DNA from: Paraspadella gotoi
Lineage: Eukaryota; Animalia; Chaetognatha
Direction of reading: 5' to 3'
DNA length: 64,000 bases
NCBI GenBank assembly: GCA_051294375.1
Contig: CM119269.1
Span: forward strand, 5,529,609 to 5,593,608
A program made the position numbers and the translations under genes. The notes below the pieces were generated by a model that searched no databases, was not told the DNA's origin, and was given only the letters and a program-made list of their open reading frames with translations. Shown piece by piece: positions 36,091 through 49,253 of the stretch (its first letter is position 1; every line of letters begins with the position of its first letter).

Positions 36091-39000
36091 CTACACTGAG
36101 CAACGTTTTTTAAAATCATAGGAGTAGGCAGTTTCGTCCGACTCTTCGTACTGCGTCACGCTCTGGTACCCATAACGCGTCGAAGCGCCGGTGCCGTAAT
36201 TGTCTTGTGACGGAGCCGGGGCGGCATAGGCGGCGTCACGCCGAGTAGGACTAGATCCGGATCGGCGCCGATCCGGACCTGATCGATGATTGTAGCACGT
36301 GCAGCTGCAAACAGAGGCAGAGTCGCTCTCGTCAAGCGCTCGCATTGGCTCACCAGAATCGACAGCGACGCTGGCGTTTGGGACGCCGCGCCCGGTGCTT
36401 TGGTGATACGCCGATGGATGGATGACGTCGCCGTCCAGTCGCGCCGCCGTCGCCTTGTGGGGGAAGAAGGAGATACTATTTTTAAAAGTCGAAAGTTATT
36501 TTAATTGGTTATGGTGGACTAAAATCCACCAACCGTTCATCAGCGGCCATTGGTGACGGAGGCAAGTCATTCGCCTCCCAACCAAAAGGTCCGGGATTCT
36601 AGCCCGTTGGCCACCTAGCAGTTAAGAGGGACGGGGCACTTAACCCGCCTGTAACATGGTGTTACAGCCTGATCCGAAGCTCAGGGACTGCTTATATTGA
36701 ACGGTTCTGTCACTAACACATAACAATTATCACTGTCTCTTCATTGGTGAGCCGACTTCCAAACACAACAGCAACAACACTTTCAGGCGACAGGCCTCAA
36801 CCTGGCGATGCACTTTCCGCCAACAACACATCAGGCGAATGCCTCAACTTGGTGACGTACTTTCCACCAACGGCAATTCACTGAAGAGACGCAACAGACT
36901 TCTCCTACGGGAGGGGGGTATGTATGGTGGACTAAATCCACAACCGTTCATAGCGGCCATTGGTGACGGAGGCAAGTCATTCGCCTCCCAACCCAAAGGT
37001 CCGGGGTTCTAGCCCAGTGGCCGCCTAGCAGTTAAGAGGGACGGGGCGCTTAACCCGCCTGTAACATGGTGTTACAGCCTGATCCGAAGCTCAGGGACTG
37101 CTTATATTGAACGGTTCTGTCACTAACACATAACATTATTATCACTGTCTCTTCATGGTCTATTTAAATTTTAAAAAAACTTTTAGGAGATTGCCCAGGA
37201 AACAGTAGGTAAATTGATGAAATATTTTATAAATTTTTGAAATAAATTCTTAATCATTAAAATTATTATTAGTACAGCTTTGAGATCACTTTGGTAGCTC
37301 TCTCTCACATTAGTGGCTCTGTTCGCGTTCTCCTACCTGCTCTGATTATTTTATTATTAAAATCACGTGATTTGGATTGAGTTTAGCTTTTAATAGCAAA
37401 ATGGCTTCGCCTAGTGAAATCTACAAGGTATAAGATAGGTTAGAGCTAAGTTCTCAATGTTTTTTAATACAATCTCCCTCACTATTGTTTAGGTTTCAAA
37501 TATATTTAAATTTTATTTTCAATTTTTTGACATTTGATGATTGATCAAAGAAAAAACAGCAACAAAGTAAAATAAAACTAAATACCCACCAAAAAAAAAA
37601 GAAAAAATTAAACTATCATTGTCAAAGATAATTGAGAAGTACAAGAGGACGATGATTCGTGGAGTACGTACTGTACTAGTACACTCAGTCTAACTGGTAG
37701 AAAACACAAGGAATGATGGAGCAAACTCAACGAAACCGCCAAAAATATTTTATCCTCTACTCTAAAGTTTAAGCCACATAGCAATTAATATTTTGCCATT
37801 TCTTGCGTCGATACTGTTCTCATTAATATTTATAAACAATATTTTGTATTTACCTGGGCGTGCTTCTCCTCGATCTCGTCTCGTTTCTCGTCTTCTGTAT
37901 TCATTGTCAAAAACCGCAGCACCAACAAGTTCATCGCGGCCGAGACGATCGTCAATCCAAAGACGATGAAGATAAGCGCGAAGGCGACGTACTCGGGGTT
38001 CTGCTGCAGAGCGCCGCGTTGCTGCAGCGCCACGAAGTCGCCGAACCCGATCGTCGTCAGCGTGATGACGCAGTAGTAGAGGGAGTCGAAATAATTCCAG
38101 GACTCCCACGTGGAGAAGACGGCGGCGCCGACGACGATGACCAGCGCCGCACAGATGCTGACCACCATGATCTGGTCGGTCTGAGTCACGCCATCGCTGC
38201 GGAACGAGAGGCACCGCTTGAACCGCTTGAGCAGGAAGCTGACGAGCGTGTTGACCCGCTCACCGATGGACTGAAACATGACAAGTCCGAGCGGGATGCC
38301 AATGAGGGCGTAGAACATGGCGAAGATCTTGCCGCCGCGGGTGTGAGGGGCGGTGTGGCCGTAGCCTGTCAAGAGTTGGGGAACGGGGGAGAGGGGAAGG
38401 GGAGCTTTCGATTTATATTTTGTTTCGGGGGGAAAAAAAAGGAACGGAAAAAACCAAAATAACAAAACATCGTAAAAATGATTTTATTTTTCTCGGTCGC
38501 GTCAGTTTTACTTCTGGTCAACGTCGTTCCTTATTTCTGTTTTTGAGGAGAAAGATAATTCTTGTTTTTTTTTGCTGATTCGAGAAAAACTTGCTAAAAA
38601 TCCATAAAACTCGGAACTGACTCTAAACTGGGGAATAATTTTTTATTCTCCTCTGGGACCGACAAAACAAGAAATAGGGAAAAAAAATGAGAACCGGCCG
38701 ACAAACATAGACTTAGTCTTAGAGGGATGCATCTCTCTCTCGATGGACGCATCTAAAAAAAAATATAGGCGTCATATTTCGTTATTTCATCGACGCAGTT
38801 TCGTTGCTGTCACTTTTATTTGTGCCGCATCGTCAGTTTTTAAAACTTGACGCTGCCGACGCGAGAAATATCTCCGTCGTCAGCTTTTACGGGCTTCAAT
38901 GTTTTGTCATCCCATCGTCGTCGGAAGACTTGAATTGCGTCGTTGAGGCACATGTGTACACCGTACAGATACTGGAATTTCAAATACAAACTGCTTAAAT

Positions 39001-40457
39001 TAAGCCTTAATACAAGCTCCTTTAAGTAAGTAGTAACCACGCCTATTTACTTCGTTGAGCTTATTGCTAAGTGCTTAGTCCCGTATATATATTATATTAT
39101 ATTATTTTGTTAATGAAAAATAAATTTCTTTAGTTGAAGTCTTTTATTTCAATTAAAAACTTGAGCAATCAGTTTCTCTTTTTATACAAATCTTAAAAGG
39201 GGAAAAAGTTTCACAGCAAAAAACGACTAAAATCCAATTTACTTTAATGAATCAAAAAAAAAAATTGACTAGTTGACCAATAGAAAACAAAGCTAGCAAC
39301 TTAAATATCAGCATAAAGACGTAAAAATCGTATCTGATTAGTTTACAGACACGAAAAACTTTAAATTAAATTAGCGACAAAAATATCGAAATATATCAGA
39401 CGATGGTGTCCCTGACGCATGATTTTCCGTCGTCGTCATCGTCGTCATCGTCTCGACGTCTCGTCGCCGTTGTCGTCGTCACCGCCGCAGCCACCGCTGC
39501 CGCAGCTGCTGTCGACGCAGCTGCTTCGCTGACGACAAACTTACGAAATCGGGAGCCGGGAATTTTCCCAGGCGTTCTCTCGTCCCCCTCAAGTTCTGTG
39601 GCGCCTCCAGCGCCTCCCGCGGCGTCGCCCGCCGAGGCCGCTCCCGCTGCGGATGCCGCTGCCACAGCGTTGCGCATGACGGCGCGACTGGCGCGGATCT
39701 TCTGGTCGACATCGTGAAGTCTGTCCGATCCATACTCGAACTCTGATGGACCCAGATCCATGAAGCCACCGTCGTCGTCTTCGTCGTCGTCGTCTTCGTC
39801 AAATTCTTCGTCGTCGTCATCGTCGTCGTACATGTCGAGGCCGACGTCGTCGCCGCCTTCGTCGTCGTCGTCATCCGTGACGAAGGGTTTCGGCTTGGCA
39901 GTTCCGTCCGTCGTGCCCTCGATAATGTGTCGCAGCTCGACCAGGCCGACCACGCCCACAAGGTGCCCGATGTTGGTCACGTAGGCCTGTTTGAGCGAGA
40001 GCAGCGAAAATAGCGAGTGGACTTTGTGGAGCGAAGTATGGGAGACGAGTTGGAAAGGAGCGGGATCGATGATGCAGCTGGAGTGGAAAGAGACAATTTT
40101 GAGGGACTTGTTTATCTTTAAAAGAAAAGATTCTTTTCCTTATTTTCTTCTTTTTTAATTTTTGATTGCCTTTTCATGATTTTATTTTCTTTTCTTTTCT
40201 TTTCTTTTCTTTTCTTTTCTTTTCTTTTCTTTTCTTTTCTTTTCTTTTCTTTTCTTTTCTTTTCTTTTCTTTTCTTATCTTAATGTACTCATTTTTAAAT
40301 TTTTTTTTCTTTTTATTGGTATTTATTGTTTCATTTTAAACGTTTTTATCAATTTATGTGATGTCTTTCTTTCTTTTTTCTTTCTTTAATTTTTAAATTT
40401 TTTTTCTTTCTTTCATTTAAAAAAAAATTGTTTTCTCCTTGCTTTCGTTCTCTAGAG

Positions 40458-40492
<35 letters not shown>

Positions 40493-40579
40493 TTCTTTTT
40501 TCCTTTCTTACTTTCTTTCTTATCTTATCTTTCTTTCTTTAAATTTTCTTTTCTTTCTCTCGTATATTGTTCTTTTTCT

Positions 40580-40615
<36 letters not shown>

Positions 40616-43600
40616 TCCTTTCACCCATTGAAATTGACGATCTTCTCCAACTGTCGATCCTCCCACGCCTTCTGCTCTTCGGGCGGAAGGTCGATGACCC
40701 TTTGACCCGAGATCGACGAGGACGATTTGGCGAAGGGAGCGCGGATCATGTGGGCGACGTTCTCGAGTCCCGTACGGACGGACCGTTCCTTGTGGAGATC
40801 CTCCCTGGAGGCACCGGGCGGCTGAAAGACTTGGGAGAATGGATTCGGACTCGTCGCTCCCCCGTGCTGTTTGGCGGAGGAGGAGGAAGAGGAAGAGGAG
40901 GGTTTGGGAGACTTTTTGGTCTCCAACTCGGAATCGCTCATCGACTCGAAGACTTCGTCGTGTTTGGCGGCGACTTCGCCCTCGTCGTCGTCGTCGTCTT
41001 CTGCGTCGCTGCGTCCGAGACGCGATCGCTCTGAGGATTCCGAAGTCGTCCGCTTGAGAATGCTCTTGCCAGGCTTAGCGTCCCAACCGGGCTGGACTCT
41101 GAGAGTGGGCGGTGCCGACTGGGGCACGCCCAGAGACTCGCCTGGGCTCCAGGTTTGATTCATGTGAGCGATGGCACGGAGCTGCTCCTTGACCTGCTCT
41201 AGCCCGGCCAGATTGGGCATTGTCTCGATCACGGACGAGTTGCGGCGCGAAGTCAGACGAGAGGAGATCGAGACTTTGTCAAGATCGTGCTGGGGTTCGC
41301 GCATGCGTCGCTCGCGTCCGATCTGACGGTCCAAAACCAGCTGAAGCTCGGCGCGCTGGACCGAGCCTAGCAACACCATGTGCTGGTGGGAGTCGACCAG
41401 CGGGCAAGAGCGAAGCTTGGTCTTCTCCAGCAGGTTTTTGATCTCCGAGTACTTGGAATCCGTGTAGGAGACGTATTTGACGTCTTTGACCATAAAATCG
41501 TCGACGAAGATGTTGAAGGCGGTGTGGTCTGAAGTGGATATGTCCGGGAGGTAGGGAAGCTTCTTGATGCGGATGATCGAATCGAATATGTTGAGGTCCA
41601 ACGATTTGGCGACAAAGTTGGCCGTCAATACAGCGAAGGCCAACGGCAGGATGTGGTTGATTTGACCAGTCAATTCGGAGACGATGACCGTGGTACTTAT
41701 GGTGTGGGTGGCAGCACCGGCGAATGCGGCGGCGCCCACAACAGCATAGCTGCCGGGAATGATTGGCATGGGGTGGTCGTGATGTATCCCATCGGGAAAC
41801 CACGTGGCCAACGCCTCGCCCACCAAGCGACCAATGGCGGCCCCCAGAGTGAAGACGGGGATGAAGGCGCCTGCCGGAACGGGCAACGTGATCGCCACGA
41901 TCGACATCCAAAATTGCATGAAGATGAAGATGACGAGAGTAATGAAGACGGAGCCGCTGTCGCCGGGCCGCAGCTGCCAATTCTCCAGCACCACCTGCTC
42001 CCTTACATCCGGGTCTGATCCGGCGCCGGTCCAAGTGAAGTTACAGAAGAGCTGCTTGACGGCGGCTCCTTGAGTCAGCTTGCCAGCGAAGTATCGGCCC
42101 GGCCCGAGCGGGCAAGAGAGCGCCGCGATGATGGTGGCCACGACGAAAGGATAGATGAATCGATTCTTTTGCAGGAATTTGTTCAGCCTCTTGTTCCCGC
42201 GCATGAAGAGAACCCAGCGCCGGTGGGAGTAGACGAAAAAGGCGCCGCCGAGACCGCAGACGGCGCCGACGAAGACGTAGGCGAGGAATTCGCTGGGGAA
42301 GAAGGGCAGATCGAGTCGGTAGGTCGTTCTCAACAACGCCGTCACCGTCAACTCGTGTCCGATCCACACGTCCATCAGGCGGAAAACGGCGGCGCTGACG
42401 ACGGCGGCGAAGAATCCCCGCCAATAGTTGGCGGTGGCGAAGAGTGTCGACGTGACTTCGATGGCGAAAAGGACGCCGCCAATGGGCGCCGCGAAGGAGC
42501 AGCCGACGCCGACTGCCACGGCGGCGCCCATCATCGCCGACTGTTTGGACTCGTTTTCGTAGACGCCCTTCTTAGACATGCATTTCCCCAGCAGAGAGGC
42601 CACGATGGAGGAGATGTGAACGAAGGGGCCTTCCTTGCCGAGTGGCAAGCCGCTGCCTAGGGCAGTGATGATCCCGATGCTCTTTGCCACGAAGGTACGG
42701 AAGGTGAGGTACTCGGTGAGGATGACTCCGCGGAAGATGGTCTTCATCTCGGGGATGCCAGACCCGATGGCGTTGGGAGATACGATGTGGGTGAACCCGG
42801 TGGAGAAGAGGATGAAGACGACGGTGAAGAGAATCCAGACGGTGTATTGGAGGTAAGCCGAGTGGGAGTGGAGCTCCTCGTAGACCCAAGAGTGGGCGCG
42901 GTGGCAGAAGACAATGCACCAATCGATCGCGAATGAGACAAGAGACATCGTGACGCCGAGGAGAACGAGAAAGAACCAATCCTCGCCAACGTAGCGGAAG
43001 AAGAACATGCGGAACCGATGGGCGATGGCGACCAGGCCCGTCCAAAAGTCCAGCGGGGTGAAGGAGTCCTTTTTGGCGGCGGCGTCGGCGTCGACGTCGG
43101 CCGCAGGGGGATCCGGCGACGCTGCCGATGGGTCTTTGCTCGCTTCCGCTTCCTGCCGTCGCTGCTGCTGCTGCTGTTCCCGCTGCAGCTTAAGCCGCTC
43201 CGCCTCTCGCTTCGACGCCGCGGCCAGGTCTTCCTTGTACTGACCGCACATCAGCGTCTCCTGATAATTAAGACTCGGTTGCGGTTGATTGGACGCCATG
43301 ACGGAGTTTGGGTGGGCGTGACCGTCCGGAGTTACGTTTTGAAAGACGCCTATGGATCCTGTGGAAAATCCGTTGTGAATTTCTTTCAAAAGCGATCCTC
43401 CATTTTTCGATCGAACAGAAAAAATCGTCTCTCGCGATGAAAGATTTTTTTTTTTTTCAAAGTTGTTTTTAAAAATTAGGTTGATTTTTTTTTTCTTTTG
43501 GGTGAAATCATCGAAAACCGAGATGATCGAGTTTTTGTGAATCGGGGCCAACAACATCCACTGCGCGTGATTCGAAATCGGGGTGAACGGAAGCGCTTGG

Positions 43601-43758
43601 TAACTTTGTGTGTGTGTTGGTTGTGTGAGAGAGGAGAGATTGAGGATGAGAGAGAAAGAGAGAGAGAGAGAGAGACGAGAGGAGAAGAGAGAGAAGAGAG
43701 AGAGGAGAGAGAGAAAGAATAATGAAGAAAGAAAAAAGAAAGAAAGAAAAGAAAGAAA

Positions 43759-43789
<31 letters not shown>

Positions 43790-45009
43790 AATAAAGACAG
43801 AAAGAAAGAAAGAAAATTAGGAATTAAAAAAAAAGAAAAGAAGTTAAATAGAAATAAGCTAATAAGAAAAAAAACTCTTTATAAAAATATAAAGAAGAGT
43901 TGAAGAGTTTAACATTATATTGTATAGTATTAGTAAGCTCAAATCTCTCAAAAGAGATTACGGTGCCTTTTTAAGTCATCGCGACGAGGAGGCGGAAGAC
44001 TTAAGAGCATCAGAGGCTGAAAGGCTAAAAGGCTGCAAGGCCAAGCGCTCTCGAGCGCAACAAAGATGGGAAGCATTAAATTTAAAAGTAAGAAAAACGA
44101 TAAAAAAAAATTATATTTATTATTTCATAATGGTTTTCGGATTTGACGTCATCGGCTTTGTCGCTTTTCAGCCTCGGAAAAAAAAATATTGCTAAAAAGT
44201 ATGTATTTTTTTACTCGTCTAATTTTTTTTTTCTTTTTAAGTTATGTCAAGATATTTCCTTCGGTGAGTCGATGCCCTTCAATGCCATTAACCAAACGGA
44301 GAAAAAATGGCGTTCGCCTATGTAGTTTACCTCTTTGAAAAATAGATTGTCTTGTAGGTAAAAACGAAAAAATACACTTTAATTAGTTTATTCTTATATT
44401 ACAGTATAATAATTAATTTAGCATGATTCGAAAAAAAATGATTGAAAAAAGAAATGCCATGAGCAATTAGTGACAAATTTACCGAAAATTATGTTTTTAT
44501 GTTTTTATGTTTTTATTATTTTTTGTCGGTCAAATATGCTCCTGCGAACCAAAAGTTAAAGATGTCAGTCGGAAACAACAACAATTTCGGAAAAAAGGGC
44601 TGTACATTTTACTATATAGTACAATACAGTACATCGTGCTTTGACGAGAATGAGAATGAGAACAAGAAAAAAAAAGCCCAAATCAGGGTGTATTCACTGA
44701 ATGAAAGACTGGACAACGAGACTTACCGATGGTGGTGAGCACGGTAAGGGCGAAGTAGAACGACCCGGCGAACTTCCACTGGATCCCCGCTTGATGCGGC
44801 ACGAACTTCACGATGACCTTCGACACGTTCAGCATCTCGCTCTGGGAGATGTTGAAGCGGCGCTGGAACGCCGACAGCTGATCGAAGAGCAGCGCCTTCT
44901 CCTGCCGCTCGTTCTCCGATTCCAGGTTATCGAAGATGGCGGCGCCGATGAGGAGGTAAGTGAAGGTAAGGACCACCAGCGCCAACGTGCGGATGTTCTG
45001 TTTCTTCAT
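36091..45009 (-). CDS. KCNK9: TASK-type two-pore-domain potassium channel of ~385 aa; exons 45009-44727, 38365-37854, 36453-36091
   Basis: N-terminus [28 protein letters not shown]1 TTIG|YGH with the His pH sensor, P2 [25 protein letters not shown] and SVCSCTC. C-terminal KKRCSV* resembles the TASK 14-3-3 motif. Symbol denotes the KCNK3/9 subfamily, not one-to-one orthology. Confidence 0.93.
36510..37155 (+). mobile_element. Miniature non-autonomous LTR retrotransposon (TRIM) with a tRNA-like sequence in each LTR; LTR1 36510-36743, LTR2 36923-37155
   Basis: Two near-identical ~233-bp direct repeats ending in CA. PBS-like TGGTGAGCCG at 36745, PPT GGGAGGGGGG at 36909-36918, 4-bp TSD TGGT at 36506-36509 and 37156-37159. 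Confidence 0.85.
39396..43299 (-). CDS. CLCN2: ClC-2-type voltage-gated chloride channel of ~1118 aa; exons 43299-40625 and 40077-39396; nested on the same strand in TASK intron 1
   Basis: N-terminal [16 protein letters not shown] (ClC-2 TLMYGRY region). Motifs GSGIPE, GKEGP, FAIEVT (Val at the Glu-in site, typical of channels) and GAFIP. Two CBS domains. Phase-2 intron NG|[11 protein letters not shown]. Confidence 0.93.
40186..40620. repeat. (TTTTC)n and (TTTC)n microsatellites filling the ClC intron
   Basis: Directly visible. Confidence 0.9.
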
Positions 45010-45082
45010 TGGCGGGAGTTTGGTGAAGCGAAAGCGGTGAGGGGTAGAAAAGAAGGGGGGTAGGTGTTGGTGGGATGGGGAA

Positions 45083-45931
<849 letters not shown>

Positions 45932-46504
45932 GGTGGTTGATAAAAAAATAAGAATTTTATCTACGAGGAATATCATCCGCTATTTTCAGATTTTTTAAAT
46001 AAATCTAGCGATTAATTCTTATTAATAAATCGTCGAAATATTAGAATCTCTCTCGCTCTCCCAAGAGTTGGTGCTGAAGATGATGGGTTATGTTAATTGG
46101 TTCATGGGGTCGAAAGGGATAATCGCAGCAAGAAAACGCCAAGAAACGACACCAATAGGAATTGCCAGATAACGTATCCAAATGACTTTGGTTCGCGACC
46201 GTCGGTGACGTCCTTATTGCGAGGAAACTGCGTCTTCCCTCCTGTCATCGATTGAGTGTCGACAACGACAACGACGACAACGACAACGACGACGACGAAA
46301 GGCGAAAACGACGAGTCTGTTGAGTTGCGCGAATACTAGCGGTGCAACAATATTAGTCACTTTTCGGTCGGTCCGTTGGTCTGTCCAACTTTTGTTTTAA
46401 ATGCATCAATTAATTTCATATTTAGTAAGTAGGTTCGGTACCATATGATCTTTATGATTGTGATCACTAATCACATAATCATAAATTCGATGCAGCATAA
46501 TTTA

Positions 46505-46645
46505 TGAAATACCTGGTAATTTTTAATAATACTTGGCTTACTGATAAGTTATGAGTTTTATGCCTATATTTCATATTTGTGTTATGTGTTTTGTGTTTTG
46601 TGTTATCAGTAAGCCAAGTATTATTAAAAATAATCAGGTATTTCA
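46505..46645. repeat. Inverted repeat with ~43-bp arms
   Basis: TGAAATACCTGGTAATTTTTAATAATACTTGGCTTACTGATAA ... TTATCAGTAAGCCAAGTATTATTAAAAATAATCAGGTATTTCA. Confidence 0.85.
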
Positions 46646-47439
46646 CTGGTCACGTAACCAATACAAAAAAACCAAATGCGATTCGGTATTCTTTAAAATT
46701 CATTCTGTCAACTTGTATGCAACCATTTAATACTTTTTAAATAATCGTTATTAGTTATTATGTTCTATTTTTATATTTTTAAGAAAGACACAAATATAAA
46801 ATTCGAAAAAAAAACTTCAACTTCATTGATAGGGAAGCCAGGTACTCTGGGAGTGAATAAACGAAACTGTGAGAGAGTCTTGATTGAAATCTTGCAGGGA
46901 CCTTCTGTGTCATCATCTTGTAAGAGTGATGGAGGCCTAAAACCATGGGCAAGATAGCTTATTTATTAAATGAATGGATAATTTTCATATTGGCAGTACC
47001 AATTTTATACATTAAGACAAGACAAGGCAGCAAGACTTAAAGCTGCCTCAATATTTCATTTTCCTTACTTAGGGCTAAAGGACAAAAACATAGCGCAAAA
47101 TATTACTCCATCGATTTTTCTCCTTCAACTCAACTACGCAAGGTGTGGTCGAATACGGATAAGAGGTGACCCACTGAAAAGAGGCGCTAATCGCCACCCC
47201 GCCCACGCGACAATCGAGACATTTCGGCGCGCGCTCCGTATCGCTTCCAACGTCCCTCGAGGCAACGCTCACTCCTCAATTTATTATCTTTCCACAATCT
47301 CCCCTGATTCTCCACAATAACCCAATCAAGCAGCGTTTGAGGAAGGATGGAGCTCCTGATTCGCTTGTCAAACAACACCGTCACTAAGTGCTTAGAGCTT
47401 GGTAACTCTTTCATCCAACGTACCAAAAACAGCTGAACG

Positions 47440-47660
47440 CAGTTTCCAACAGTGCAAACGCCACTCGGTCGTCCACAGAGCAAACAACCGTGTCCCGGTG
47501 CCATCAGCAACGCAAACAACCGCGTCACTGTACCGTCCACTGTGCAAAACAGCAGCGACACTTTTTCTTCCGCGGTGCAAGCAACAGCTCCACGATGCCG
47601 TCCACAGTGCAAACACCCACGCCACTTGGTCGTTCCAGCGCAAACAACCGAGCAAACAAG
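47440..47660. repeat. Degenerate GC-rich minisatellite with CCGTCCACAGTGCAAACAACCG-like units
   Basis: Recurring GCAAACAACCG and CGTCCAC motifs. Confidence 0.55.
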
Positions 47661-48840
47661 ATTCAGTTGGAAAGTACTTGAGAAGAGAGTGGCCTTCTCG
47701 GAGAAGCAGACCTGTTCCTCGCCCAAAACTCGAGAAAGGGAATCGAAGAAGAGCTGATGAATTATCACCTGAAATGGGAAGCTTATTCTCCGAATTCTAC
47801 GCTGATCGGAAAATTAGTCTCGGAAGACGCCTATGCGGGTGTTGTGTACAATATTCAATTATTCAAACAAGTCGATATCATTAGAATCAATAAGTTTGGC
47901 TTTTATATTCACCAAGAAAAGTTTTTAGTTATCGAAAATTCTACTGTGTTTTCTTCCTCAAAATTTATCGAACGGACGAACCAGAAACCCGTAAACAAAA
48001 ATGGGGGGAAAAAACGAGAGCTTGTTTCCATCTTTTTATGGTCTAATTGAATCTTCAAAGCAGCTGAGACAAAAATTTAAAAAAAAACGCTTTGAGTGCA
48101 CCGATCGTTTCGGTTTCTTGTTTTTTTTTGGTTTATATTTTTATAAAAACAAAAAACTTATTTTTTTATATAAAGTTAAGCTGTTACAGTTTCTTAATTA
48201 TCAGACTTTGACAACATTTTGCGATGCTCACCCGAAGTCAAAAGAAGTTCATGTCAGCGATTGAAATGAAAGGGAAACGTCCGATTGCACCGGAAGCGAC
48301 GATGAGTTTTTTTTTACATTTCAAGACGTCAATCTCAACTCTAGATTTTAGGACGAATGAACCCAGAACTCAAGTACGGATTTGATTGTCATGGATTTTC
48401 GGAGGACGAGAAGATTTGGTGCGAATTCGAAAATAGTTTTAGCAGAATTTTGAAGTTGGATGAAAATACTATTGGATGAGGAGAGATGAGTGACAGATTT
48501 GAAAATGGGACTTGGCGATCGATTTGAAGCCAGTCGGTGAGGATAGTTGTTTCGTTGATTGGAAGTCGTTTTTCTGTGATTAAAATTGGGAAATACTCGT
48601 TGCGCTTGTAAGTCTAGACGGAAGAATCAGAAAGCGTTTGTCGGTCTTTACATAGAAAAGGCTGGATTGTTTTTAAAGATTTTTATTTTCCTTCTTCGCT
48701 GTCGTGAACAACAGTTTTCCATCTGACTAAATAAATCGTTAAAAGTAAAGCGCTTCCCTTTTTATCCCCACGAACGACCGGCGTGGAGACATGGTGCAAA
48801 AAGAGGGAGAGAAAGAGAGAAACAGTCACGGCGACAAGAG

Positions 48841-48940
<100 letters not shown>

Positions 48941-49139
48941 GATGGAAGATAGAGAGAAAAAGAAAGGAGAGACAGAAAGTGAAAACGATAAGATCCCAGC
49001 GAGAAAAATAAAAAAAGAAAGTAAATCATAAAATAAGAAAAGAAAGGAGAAAAATTAGTTATGATTTTTTTAAATTTTTTAATGATTTTTCGCAAAGAAA
49101 CTGAATCAGCGAGAAAGTCAAAATATCGAAGAATTTAGG

Positions 49140-49253
<114 letters not shown>

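Noticed and set aside
36543-36615. Functional tRNA-Gly gene or ordinary SINE
   Set aside because: The anticodon stem does not pair, and the sequence is embedded in paired LTRs with PBS, PPT and a 4-bp TSD.
40567-43440. Many plus-strand and alternative-frame ORFs over ClC (likewise over TASK and the EGF-TM exon)
   Set aside because: Shadow ORFs caused by GC-rich codon usage of the real genes.
43300-43557. N-terminal extension of the 978-aa ORF (MLLAPIHK...)
   Set aside because: AT-rich, intron-like sequence upstream of an acceptor; ClC-2 similarity begins at the ATG at 43299.
47187-47884. 193-aa and 161-aa Cys-rich ORFs
   Set aside because: They overlap a degenerate minisatellite and show no recognisable domain or splice context.
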